A stretch of 64,000 bases of DNA from NCBI GenBank assembly GCA_032718475.1, contig JAUCBJ010001140.1, positions 133,054-197,053 on the forward strand, read 5' to 3'. The notes beneath the pieces were generated by a model. The model ran no database searches. It worked only from the letters and a program-made list of their open reading frames with translations, and was not told where the DNA came from. Shown in pieces: positions 34,691-47,700 of this stretch. The stretch is from Nemertoderma westbladi (Eukaryota; Animalia; Xenacoelomorpha). Position 1 is the stretch's first letter, and each line of letters opens with the position of its first letter. The translations under genes and the position numbers were made by a program.

Positions 34691-36806
34691 GTGCATTTTT
34701 GCACCTATCCAATTAAGCTCAGAAGCTCCCTTATCTCTGCATCTTGCAATGTCCTGTCAAGGTTAGGCAGGTAGGAGGTAACTGGTCATAACTGTCATAA
34801 GCAGATAAGGGCAGAAGGAGGACGATGCTGGAGACGAGCTGACGAGGTTATAAGAGACATTATATAAGGATATTTACTTTAATTTATTTAATTTAATATA
34901 TGAGAAATGAGGCCAGTATTGGTTGACAGAAGGAGATACGCAATGCGTATCCCATTGCGCCCCATAATAGCCTCTCGTCAACAAGTCAACCCCATCGACT
35001 AGCGGCACTGGCTGTTTCAGCTGACGGGGGTCTGTCGAAAAACGCGTCCCTGATTCAGTAAGGGCCCTCTTTTGAGGAGCAATATTATTATTGTCGCGGA
35101 ACTGCTTCTACTCTCTGTGAGAAATGAGAAATATTTAATTTATTTAAGGAGTAGGCTATGCAGATTTTGGAATGAAATTGTATACCTAAATAAGAAACCC
35201 ATGTCAAAAAGTTCTTATTTAAGGACTTTTAGTATTTATGTGTACAATTTCGATGTCTTAAATAAGGTAAATTTAAAAAATCCCTCTTATTTAGGAACTG
35301 GTCGTATTTTTGATGCATTTTTAAAACGCTTGTAGAAAAAAAACCGGACGGTGAAATGTTTTCTGGTTTTTTGCATTATGTTCAAGAAAGAACCAACTTT
35401 TATATTGTGAAATAAAATTATGCGGTATTTTTTACTGAAACAAGTTCTTGCATATTATGTCGAAAAAATATCCAAAAATGGCCCAAAAACCCCTAAATAA
35501 GAGCCATTTTCCTTATAAGAACCCACTTTTGGAGCTTATTTAAGGGTATGTTCCCTACTGTCATGTAATTAATAATTATATAATACATTTTTAATAATAG
35601 TTTTTTTAGTTAATCTGTTAATTACAGGTATTTGTACTGAAGTTGAAGTATAGGCCTTACAGCCTTAAGTAATTTTTAATTAATCTATCATTTTTTAGTA
35701 CCGGTACGATTTTTAGTAGGCCTAGGTTTTTTACGTCAAATTATTATTAAGCAATTATATTATTACCGGCTCTTTCCGGTTTCAGGGGCACTGATTTTTT
35801 AACAACTGCAGTATTACTGTCAACTGTTATTTATTGTACCGGTTCACCAGTATTGGTGTACAGGTGTATAAACACAACATTTTACGTCAAATTATTATTA
35901 AGCAATTATTTTATTACCGGCTCTTTCCGGTTTCAGGGGCACTGAATTTTTAATTTTTATTTTTTGATCGTTTATTGTTTTGGTTAGAAAACCCCGTCTC
36001 TGTAACCTGCTCCTTTCCCTCAATTGGTAAAGTGGCTGTGTATTGTCTTGGGGTTTGGTAAAGTGATCGTATATTGTTTTGGTTAGAAAAGCCCGCCTCT
36101 GCAGCCTGCTCCTTTCCCACAATTGGTAAAGTGGCCATTTATTGTTTTGGTTAGAATAGCTGAATAGCCTGCCTATATAATCTGGTCCTTTCCCTCAAAA
36201 AAAAAGTGAAATTAATTTGCATGCACATAAAATTAATTTGAATTGTTTAATATTCGTACTGGTATTTCTATATTATACTCAGATTATGTTATGTTATTAT
36301 CATTAGCACATTAGGCCTATGTATTATAAAAATATTGATTGAGAAAACCATGTTTATCTAAAATCTTTATAATTTTTGGGAAAATTTTTCTCGTCTTTTT
36401 TCCCGCTATTTCCCCGAGGAGACCGGGAAATTTGAGAAAAATATCAGTCTTTTCATATATAGACAATGTTGAATGTTGAATGTAGAAATGAATATGAGAA
36501 AATTTTTCTAAGTGTTTTCCCATCAGACAAGTGTTTTAGACACATGCTGACATGCGTTTTTTGCGTTTCAGTGTCCCCCAAACCGGAAATTCCCATATTA
36601 CCGCTACCGGTACTGTACCTACTGTATTACAGTGCATATTTTTTGGAATTGTGGTATTTTGTACAATAATAAATCTACTTGCAGTTCTGCAGTTTGTGGC
36701 ATTTATTATAGTTAATTACTGGTAGCAGTTTTAGTTAATTGTAATTATATGCCATACTGCCATATTACAGTAGGCCTATTACAGTGTAATGTATGCTAAT
36801 CAAGTA

Positions 36807-37644
36807 GGGTAAGACGGGGTAAAATGGGACAAGGGGTAAAATGGGACATGTCGGGGTAAAATGGGACATGCATATTTTTGGCCAATTTTTTTTTTAAAGA
36901 ACACTTTTGTTTTAGGTCTGTTTTAATATATTTTTAATTGAGAAACTAAATGTTACATTTTTATATAGGTAGCACATATGATGAGATCAAGATCACACGA
37001 TGAAAGCAATTTGTTAAGCGCGTATACACTTTAAAGTTAGGACACTTCCTATCATTCATTTTCTTCGATATTATATGCATTAGAATCGCAATCATCGATT
37101 TAGTGGGTTGTGGGTGTAGAACAAGTCCAAATGTTCAAATTCCTGATCGTTTTTGAGTTACACAGATTTGTAGTTTTACCTTGATAGATGTAGATAGGTG
37201 TAACTCAGTAAATAATGCCTAGATGATTTTTCTCTGTGATTGTTGAGTTTTATAGCTTTTATAGCTACTACTGCATTTAGTTATTAGGCCTAGCTCATAC
37301 TGGTCTTAACTACTCATACTCATACTGCTATTTCAACTCATACTGTCATAGGCCCTAATCTTAACTTGACTAACTAACACTAACAATGCCTCATGTCCCA
37401 CTTTACCCCGGATGTCCCACTTTAGGGACTTTACAGCTTTACCCCACTCGGGGTAAAGTGGGACACTGCAATTTTTTTAAAAATCAACCACCTGAACCAA
37501 AGGCTCAGGGGTTTATTTTGGTACATTCTGATAGCCCAGAGTTCAAATGTACAGAATATGCTTTGATTATATCCATCCAGGAAAATCCCTCTTCTTTATA
37601 GAACCAAACATACCAAACTTGTCCCATTTTACCCCGTCTTACCC
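36807..37644. mobile_element. Tc1/mariner-pogo type MITE
   Basis: Perfect TIR GGGTAAGACGGGGTAAAATGGGACAAG flanked by TA on both sides; subterminal GGGGTAAAATGGGACA repeats. Confidence 0.85.
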
Positions 37645-37683
37645 TATTGTTATTATTACTACTGTTATGTCTGTATGTTAATA

Positions 37684-38097
37684 CAGTTAGGAACACTGGT
37701 CACTTTCTGGCTGAAGCTCAGCCAAAAATTGTCCACATATTTACAGCCAGAAAGTGTCCGTGCAGCCAATATTTGTCCTTCACAGGATGCGATTATCTTT
37801 CCGGACATATTTTGGCTGTAACTCCAATAGTACTCAAAGCAGAAGCTGGGCACATTTTTATTTTTAATATTATGATAGTTATCCCAACGATGAGATTCTA
37901 ATTCTCAAATTAATTTACACAGAATTTTATGGCGGTTCTAATGGCATAATTTTTAGAATGCCAATGTTAAAATTTCACTGCCGGTTTTCAAATGAAATTT
38001 AGCATTGTTTTCTATGGAGAAATTTCACTCTGAGAGCGTTTTCCGCGGACACATTCTGGCTGTAAATTGGACATATTGTGACCAGTGTTCCTGACTG
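37684..38097. mobile_element. Tc1/mariner-type MITE
   Basis: TIR CAGT(T/C)AGGAACACTGGTCAC with TA on both sides. A partial second copy of its right end lies at ~39013-39112. Confidence 0.8.
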
Positions 38098-38330
38098 TAA
38101 TAAATACAATTTCAAATAATTTGGTTTCTTAATAAGGGCATAGCCATAGCATAGACTGATAGAGGAATCAACATACTTTGAAAAGGAGTGGTTTGCCATG
38201 GACATCAGGACATAGCAGCATAGCTGAATCAACAAACTTTTGAAAAAGGTAGGGCCTATAAGCAGATAAGTGGTTCGTCATGGGCATAGGGGAAGGGGTG
38301 AAAAAAAAAGTATAAGTGGTTCGCCACGCG

Positions 38331-38987
38331 CAGTCGGGGAGAAGTTCAAATCCTGAAATCTCAACGGAGTTGAAATTTTTAACTCTTTTTTTTTAATTCA
38401 ACTTTTAAGTTGTAAATTCAACTTTAAAATGGCAGCTGAAAGACAGAAAGAGCCAGAAGGGCCCCCAAGACGTTACAGTTACATAAGCAGAGAAGGGGTG
38501 TTTTTATTGTTTTTATGGGTGTAACTCGAAACATCAACCCACATTACCGACAGACCGATGGAATAAAAACTTTCACCGTCGGGATTACATTTTTTAAAAA
38601 CATTTTAAGTAATTAGGCCCTACATATTTGCAAATTATCTGAGAAATACTACTACTGTGCTACAGGAATTTATTAGATGTAGGCCTATTACAGTATTAAA
38701 TTACCGCTATAGGCCAGTCGGCCTATGTCTGTATGCCATAGGCATAGGCAATAGGGGGCCTAATTATTATACAATGGAATAGGCCTACCAGAATGTTGTA
38801 ATGGATTCCAATTCCATATTTCAGTATTTCCAAACCTACTCAAAAAGTTAAATTAAAAAAAAACGTTGAATTTTAAACCCTTCTCCAAATGCCAAAAGTT
38901 GAATTTTAATAAAAAGTCAGAAAGTTGAATTTTAAAAAATAAAGTTGAAATTTCAACTCAGTTGAAAATAGAACTTCTCCCCGACTG
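38331..38987. mobile_element. MITE with CAG termini and 5-bp TSD
   Basis: 17-bp perfect TIR CAGTCGGGGAGAAGTTC; ACGCG duplicated at 38326-38330 and 38988-38992; subterminal AGTTGAA repeats. Confidence 0.8.
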
Positions 38988-39745
38988 ACGCGGGCCCAGT
39001 GGGCAGTATTGATAAATTTCACTCGGAGTGAAAGCGTTTACAGATTACAGCGGACACATTTTGGCTGTAAAATGGATAAATTGTGATCAGTCTGTCAGTG
39101 TTGTTCCTGCTGTCGCTGTCCTGCCTGTCAGCCTGTATAGGCCTATACAGCTATATGCTACATATCAGTAGGCCTACCGGTATTACCTGATTACAGTATT
39201 ATCAGAATATATATTACTGTATTACTGCATTACTGTATTTATAATATTATATATCTGTATATAGTATGGTACTGTACCGGTAGTACTACAGTAGGCTGGT
39301 AGGCCTACAGTCTGACAGTTATAAATACAGCCTAGGTATCATATAGCTTGCCGCTTACTGACTTACCGGTACAGGAGATTGACAGGAGCTGCAGAAGCAG
39401 GGTAAATCTTTTCGACCTACGCGTAGGTAAGCGTAGTTCAGTAGTTCGCAACATTGGGTCATATATCACCAGTTTCAGAGTTTTAACATTAACTACGCGT
39501 AGGTGCTACGCGTAGATCCTACGCGACGTACGCTACGTATAACTACGCGTAGGTGCTATCGTATAACTATCGCTACGTATAACTACGCGTATAACTACGC
39601 GTAGGTGCTACCCATAACTATGTCTATACGACGTTTATCATTAGTAGGGGGGGATTTTTTTGGGGAACCACTTCACCGGTAGACTGGTAGCTTATAACTG
39701 TAGAATATTTAAATAATCCAATGGAAACAAAGATACTTGAGTAAT

Positions 39746-40482
39746 TATACGCATGTGATCCAGTGCGATAGATTATCATGCAAATCGTGTCTTTATATAC
39801 GCATGTAATCCAGTGCAATAGATTATCATGCAAATCTTGTCTTTATATACGCATGTGATCCCGTGTAATAGATTATCATGCAAATCTTGTCTTTATATAC
39901 GCATGTGATTCAGTGCAATAGATTATCATGCAAATCTTGTCTTTATATACGCATATGATCCAGTGCAATAGATTATCATGGAAATCTTGTCTTTATATAC
40001 GCATGTGATTCAGTGCAATAGATTATCATGCAAATCTTGTCTTTATATACGCATGTGATCCCGTGCAATAGATTATCATGCAAATCTTGTCTCTATATAC
40101 GCATGTGATCCCGTGCAATAGATTATCATGCAAATCTTGTCTTTATATACGCATGTGATCCCGTGCAATATATTATCATGCACATCTTGTCTTTATATAC
40201 ACTTGTGATCCCGTGCAATAGATTATCATGCAAATCTTGTCTTTATATACGCATGTGATCCAGTGCAATCGATTATCATGCAAATCTTGTCTTTATATAC
40301 GCATGTGATCCCGTGCAATAGATTATAATGCACATCTTGTCTTTATATACGCATGTGATCCAGTGCAATAGATTATCATGCAAATCTTGTCTTTATATAC
40401 GCATGTGATCCCGTGCAATAGATTATCATGCAAATCTTGTCTTTATATACGCATGTGATTCAGAGCATTGGATTATCATGCG
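39746..40482 (+). repeat. 50-bp minisatellite, ~14.5 copies
   Basis: Unit GCATGTGATCCMGTGCAATAGATTATCATGCAAATCTTGTCTTTATATAC with an exact 50-bp period. Confidence 0.95.
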
Positions 40483-41472
40483 AATCATATCAAATTTTAC
40501 ACATTAAGTAATTCATTATGCATATGATTTATGTGTACCTCATTATATTTTTACTTATTATACCTTGAAGGATCAACAAATTCTCAATGATACAAAACAA
40601 CTTCTTCCACTGATTTAGATGGGCTACTTCGTTTATTAAAGAATAACAAACTTTCAATACATTTCCTTTCAGGTTCACGATCCAAATATTTGTGTAGTCC
40701 TACTATCTATTGTTTTGTGTACCTGTATTAAAAATTAATTTGTACCGAACAACCTGTCAACGTTCACTAAATTGTCAATTTATCGTCTTGGTAGCCATAC
40801 CATGGAATACATACGAATTTGTTCATAAAATAGTAGCATATATACAGTAGTATACTTAGATTCTAGTATTTCCTTTTTATTTCTAAAGACAGTAGGCCTA
40901 TACCACGACCTATAATTCGGAAATTTGTATTTGTTTTTAATGAGCTCATTGGCAATTGGTCGTATTGATTTTACAGTAGTAGGTTATTCTAAACTTGATA
41001 GGTCTATTGTTTTAAATGTTTTCTAATTACTTACAGATTGTAGGACTATTGACGCAATTCCATTAAAGTCAGTCATTATAAACTCCTATGTGTAAATCCG
41101 AATTATCAACGTGCTTTTGGTAAAAAATAACACATCATTTCAACAACGAAAATACATATTGTCTCTAAATAAAATACCTAAAGTAACCTTCGTATCTCTC
41201 GACCTTACTCACTACGTTCGATTAAGAATAAAGAGATCTCGGTACGAGTGGTAAATTAAGCATATTATATTATTTACGGGAGGCCTACAATAATAAATAG
41301 ATTCAAATGAAAGTTATATCAGCAAAGAATACATTAATGTAGTTTTATAGGCTTTACACATTACAATCAAAACATAAGAAATTTATTTTTAATCACGTAT
41401 TATTTTTAAGTCTACAACCAAACATTAAAAAAGAAACTAGATAGGCCGGCCTAGTTTTTAAAATATGATTTT

Positions 41473-41664
41473 TTAACAAAGGGCTTCATCGTAGCAAGTG
41501 GCGTTACAAGAGGTGTCTGTAGGGGAACATGTGTCGCTCCCCGGTCCAGCACAAATGATGCCTTCTATTGATTCACATTCAGTATCAGGTAAAGTTGCCG
41601 CAATGTACTCAGGTAGACACAATGGCATTGATGTTGGGTATTCACAATAGTCTATGTTCATAGT
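41473..41664 (-). CDS. Probable terminal coding exon of a host gene, Cys-rich/acidic (extracellular-type) C-terminus
   Basis: Acceptor ATATTTCAG| then phase-0 TMNIDYCEYPTSMPLCLPEYIAATLPDTECESIEGIICAGPGSDTCSPTDTSCNATCYDEALC* (8 Cys). Higher GC than the flanks; AATAAA on the minus strand at ~41382-41387. Confidence 0.6.
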   Translation of the reverse strand, partial: TMNIDYCEYPTSMPLCLPEYIAATLPDTECESIEGIICAGPGSDTCSPTDTSCNATCYDEALC

Positions 41665-41740
41665 CTGAAATATTAACATTGTTATAGAATAACCACACAG
41701 AATAATCCTTTGCTAATACAACATGAAATGTGGGAATTTA

Positions 41741-44700
41741 AGAACATACTTACCGTGTTCTGTGCCTATTATTGAGAACATACTTACCGTGTTCTGCGCC
41801 TACTATTGGGAACATACTTACCGTGTTCTGTGCCTATTATTGAGAATATACTTACCGTGATCTGCTTCTATTATTGAGAACATACTTACCGTGTTCTGCG
41901 CCTATTATTGAGAACATACTTACCGTGTTCTGCGCCTATTATTGAGAACATATTTACCGTTGTTCTAGACTACTATTGAGAACATACTTACCGTGTTCTG
42001 TGCCTATTATTGAGAACATACTTACCGTGTTCTGCGCCTACTATTGGGAACATACTTACCGTGTTCTGTGCCTATTATTGAGAATATACTTACCGTGATC
42101 TGCTTCTATTATTGAGAACATACTTACCGTGTTCTGCGCCTATTATTGAGGACATACTTACCGTGTTCTAAAATATTAATGAGAACATACTTACCGTGTT
42201 TTAAAATATTAATGAGAACATACTTACCGTGTTCTATGCCTATTATTGAAAACATACTTACCGTGATCTGCTTCTATTATTGAGAACATACTTACCGTGT
42301 TCTAGACTACTATTGAGAACATACTTACCGTGTTGTGTGCCTATTATTGAGAACATACTTACCGTGTTCTGGCCTACTATTGAGAACATACTTACCGTGT
42401 TCTGTGCCTATTATTGAGAACATACTTAACGTGTTCTGCGCCTACTATTGGGAACATACTTACCGTGTTCTGTGTCTATTATTGAAAACATACTTACCGT
42501 GTTCTAGACTACTATTGAGAACATACTTACCGTGTTGTGTGCCTATTATTGAGAACATACTTACCGTGTTCTGTGCCTATTATTAAGAACATACTTACCG
42601 TGATCTGCTTCTATTATTGAGAACATACTTACCGTGTTCTGGCCTACTATTGAGAACATACTTACCGTGTTCTGTGCCTATTATTGAGAACATACTTAAC
42701 GTGTTCTGCGCCTACTATTGGGAACATACTTACCGTGTTCTGTGTCTATTATTGAAAACATACTTACCGTGTTCTAGACTACTATTGAGAACATACTTAC
42801 CGTGTTCTGCGGCTATTATTAAGAACATACTTACCGTGTTCTAGACTACTATTGAGAACATACTTACCGTGTTGTGTGCCTATTATTGAGAACATACTTA
42901 CCGTGTTCTGGCCTACTATTGAGAACATACTTACCGTGTTCTGTGCCTATTATTGAGAACATACTTAACGTGTTCTGCGCCTACTATTGGGAACATACTT
43001 ACCGTGTTCTGTGTCTATTATTGAAAACATACTTACCGTGTTCTAGATTATTATTGAGAACATACTTAGCGTGTTCTAGACTACTATTGGGAACATACTT
43101 ACCGTGTTCTGTGTCTATTATTGAAAACATACTTACCGTGTTCTATACTACTATTGAGAACACACTTACCGTGTTCTGTGCCTATTATTGAGAACATACT
43201 TACCGTGTTCTGCGCCTACTATTGGGAACATACTTACCGTGTTCTGTGTCTATTATTGTAAACATACTTACCGTGTTCTATACTACTATTGAGAACATAC
43301 TTACCGTGTTCTGCGCCTATTATTGAGAACATACTTAACGTGTTCTGCGCCTACTATTGGGAACATACTTACCGTGTTCTGTGTCTATTATTGAAAACAT
43401 ACTTACCGTGTTCTATACTATTATTGAGAACATACTTAACGTGTTCTGCGCCTACTATTGGGAACATACTTACCGTGTTCTGTGCCTATTATTGAGAATA
43501 TACTTACCGTGTTCTGCGCTTATTATTGAGAACATTCTTACCGTGTTCTGAGCCTACTATTGAGAACATACTTACCGTGTTCTATACCTATTATTTAGAA
43601 CATACTTAACGTGTTCTGTGCTTATTTTTGAGAACATACTTACCGTGTTCTAAAATATTAATGAGAACATACTTAACGTGTTCTGCGCCTACTATTGGGA
43701 ACATACTTACCGTTTTCTGTGCCTATTATTTAGAACATACTTACCGTGTTCTGTGCCTATTATTGAAAACATACTTAACGTGTTCTGTGCTCATTTTTGA
43801 GAACATACTTACCGTGTTCTAAAATATTAATGAGAACATACTTACCGTGTTCTGCACCTATTATTGAGAACATATTTACCGTGGTTCTAGAATATTATTG
43901 AGAACATACTTTCCGTGTTCTGCACCTATTATTGAGAACATATTTACCGTGGTTCTAGAATATTATTGAGAACATACTTACCGTGTTCTAGATTATTATT
44001 GAGAACATACTTACCGTGTTCTGTGCCTATTTTTGAGAACATACTTACCGTGTTCTAAAATATTAATGAGAACATACTTACCGTGTTCTGCACCTATTAT
44101 TGAGAACATATTTACCGTGGTTCTAGAATATTATTGAGAACATACTTACCGTGTTCTGTGCCTATTATTGAGAACGTACTTACCGTGTTCTAGACTACTA
44201 TTGAGAACATACTTATCGTGTTCTGTACTTATTACTGAGAACATACTTACCGTGTTCTGGCCTAATATTGAGAACATGCTTACCGTGTTCTGGCCTACTA
44301 TTGAGAACATACTTACCGTGTTCTGTGCCTATTATTGAGAACATTCTTACCGTGTTCTGTGCCTATTATTGAGAACATACTTACCGTGTTCTAGATTATT
44401 ATTGAGAACATACTTACCGTGTTCTAGATTATTATTGAGAACATACTTACCGTGTTCTGTGCCTATTATTAAGAACATACTTACCGTGTTCTAGATTATT
44501 ATTGAGAACATACTTACCGTGTTCTAGACTACTATTGAGAACATACTTACCGTGTTCTGTGCCTATTATTGAGAACATACTTACCGTGTTCTAGACTACT
44601 ATTGAGAACATACTTACCGTGATTTGTACTTATTATTGAGAACACACTTACCGTGTTCTGTGCCTATTATTGAGAACATACTTACCGTGTTCTAAACTAC

Positions 44701-47700
44701 TATTGAGAACATACTTACCGTGATGTGTGCCTATTATTAAGAACATACTTACCGTGTTCTAGATTATTATTGAGAACATACTTACCGTGTTCTGTGCCTA
44801 TTATTAAGAACATACTTACCGTGTTCTAGATTATTATTGAGAACATACTTACCGTGTTCTAGACTACTATTGAGAACATACTTACCGTGATTTGTACTTA
44901 TTATTGAGAACATACTTACCGTGTTCTGTGCCTATTATTAAGAACATACTTACCGTGTTCTCGATTATTATTGAGAACATACTTACCGTGTTCTGTGCCT
45001 ATTATTAAGAACATACTTACCGTGTTCTAGATTATTATTGAGAACATACTTACCGTGTTCTAGACTACTATTGAGAACATACTTACCGTGATTTGTACTT
45101 ATTATTGAGAACATACTTACCGTGTTCTGTGCCTATTATTGAGAACATACTTACCGTGTTCTAAACTACTATTGAGAACATACTTACCGTGTTCTGTGCC
45201 TATTATTAAGAACATACTTACCGTGTTCTAGATTATTATTGAGAACATACTTACCGTGTTCTGTGCCTATTATTGAGAACATACTTACCGTGTTCTAGAT
45301 GCCTATTATTGAGAACATACTTACCGTGTTCTAGACTACTATTGAGAACACACTTACCGTGTTCTGTGCCTATTATTGAGAACATACTTACCGTGTTCTA
45401 GACTACTATTGAGAACATACTTACCGTGTTCTAGATTATTATTGAGAACATACTTACCGTGTTCTAGACTACTATTGAGAACACACTTACCGTGTTCTGT
45501 GCCTATTATTGAGAACATACTTACCGTGTTCTAGACTACTATTGAGAACACACTTACCGTGTTCTGTGCCTATTATTGAGAACATACTTACCGTGTTCTA
45601 GACTACTATTGAGAACATACTTACCGTGTTCTAGATTATTATTGAGAACATACTTACCGTGTTCTAGACTACTATTGAGAACACACTTACCGTGTTCTGT
45701 GCCTATTATTGAGAACATACTTACCGTGTTCTAGACTACTATTGAGAACATACTTACCGTGTTCTAGACTACTATTGAGAACATACTTACCGTGATTTGT
45801 ACTTATTATTGAGAACATACTTACCGTGTTCTAGATTATTATTGAGAACATACTTACCGTGTTCTAGACTACTATTGAGAACATACTTACCGTGATTTGT
45901 ACTTATTATTGAGAACATACTTACCGTGTTCTAGATTATTATTGAGAACATACTTACCGTGTTCTGTGCCTATTATTGAGAACATACTTACCGTGTTCTG
46001 TGCCTATTATTGAGAACATACTTACCGTGTTCTAGATTATTATTGAGAACATACTTACCGTGTTCTGTGCCTATTATTAAGAACATACTTACCGTGTTCT
46101 GTGCCTATTATTGAGAACATACTTACCGTGTTCTAGATTATTATTGAGAACATACTTACCGTGTTCTAGATTATTATTGAGAACATACTTACCGTGTTCT
46201 GTGCCTATTATTGAGAACATACTTACCGTGTTCTAGATTATTATTGAGAACATACTTACCGTGTTCTGTGCCTATTATTGAGAACATACTTACCGTGTTC
46301 TGTGCCTATTATTGAGAACATACTTACCGTGTTCTAGATTATTATTGAGAACATACTTACCGTGTTCTGTGCCTATTATTGAGAACATACTTACCGTGTT
46401 CTGTGCCTATTATTGAGAACATACTTACCGTGTTCTAGATTATTATTGAGAACATACTTACCGTGTTCTGTGCCTATTATTGAGAACATACTTACCGTGT
46501 TCTGTGCCTATTATTGAGAACATTCCTACCGTGTTCTAGATTATTATTGAGAACATACTTACCGTGTTCTAGACTACTATTGAGAACACACTTACCGTGT
46601 TCTGTGCCTATTATTGAGAACATACTTACCGTGTTCTAGACTACTATTGAGAACACACTTACCGTGTTCTGTGCCTATTATTGAGAACATACTTACCGTG
46701 TTCTAGACTACTATTGAGAACATACTTACCGTGTTCTAGATTATTATTGAGAACATACTTACCGTGTTCTAGACTACTATTGAGAACACACTTACCGTGT
46801 TCTGTGCCTATTATTGAGAACATACTTACCGTGTTCTAGACTACTATTGAGAACATACTTACCGTGTTCTAGACTACTATTGAGAACATACTTACCGTGA
46901 TTTGTACTTATTATTGAGAACATACTTACCGTGTTCTAGATTATTATTGAGAACATACTTACCGTGTTCTAGACTACTATTGAGAACATACTTACCGTGA
47001 TTTGTACTTATTATTGAGAACATACTTACCGTGTTCTAGATTATTATTGAGAACATACTTACCGTGTTCTAGACTACTATTGAGAACATACTTACCGTGT
47101 TCTGTGCCTATTATTGAGAACATACTTACCGTGTTCTAGATTATTATTGAGAACATACTTACCGTGTTCTGTGCCTATTATTAAGAACATACTTACCGTG
47201 TTCTAGATTATTATTGAGAACATACTTACCGTGTTCTGTGCCTATTATTGAGAACACTTACCGTGTTCTGTGCCTATTATTAAGAACATACTTACCGTGT
47301 TCTAGATTATTATTGAGAACATACTTACCGTGTTCTAGACTACTATTGAGAACATACTTACCGTGTTCTGTGCCTATTATTAAGAACATACTTACCGTGT
47401 TCTAGATTATTATTGAGAACATACTTACCGTGTTCTGTGCCTATTATTGAGAACATACTTACCGTGTTCTGTGCCTATTATTAAGAACATACTTACCGTG
47501 TTCTAGACTACTATTGGGAACATACTTACCGTGTTCTAGACTACTATTGAGAACATACTTACCGTGTTCTGTGCCTATTATTAAGAACATACTTACCGTG
47601 TTCTAGATTATTATTGAGAACATACTTACCGTGTTCTAGACTACTATTGAGAACATACTTACCGTGTTCTGTGCCTATTATTAAGAACATACTTACCGTG

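Noticed and set aside
33120-34774. Long Cys/Leu/Val-rich ORFs (up to 452 aa)
   Set aside because: They are translations of a TTG-rich simple satellite that is open in all three frames.
41747-41760. U1 snRNA gene copies
   Set aside because: Only the first 9 nt match U1; no stem-loops or Sm site follow.
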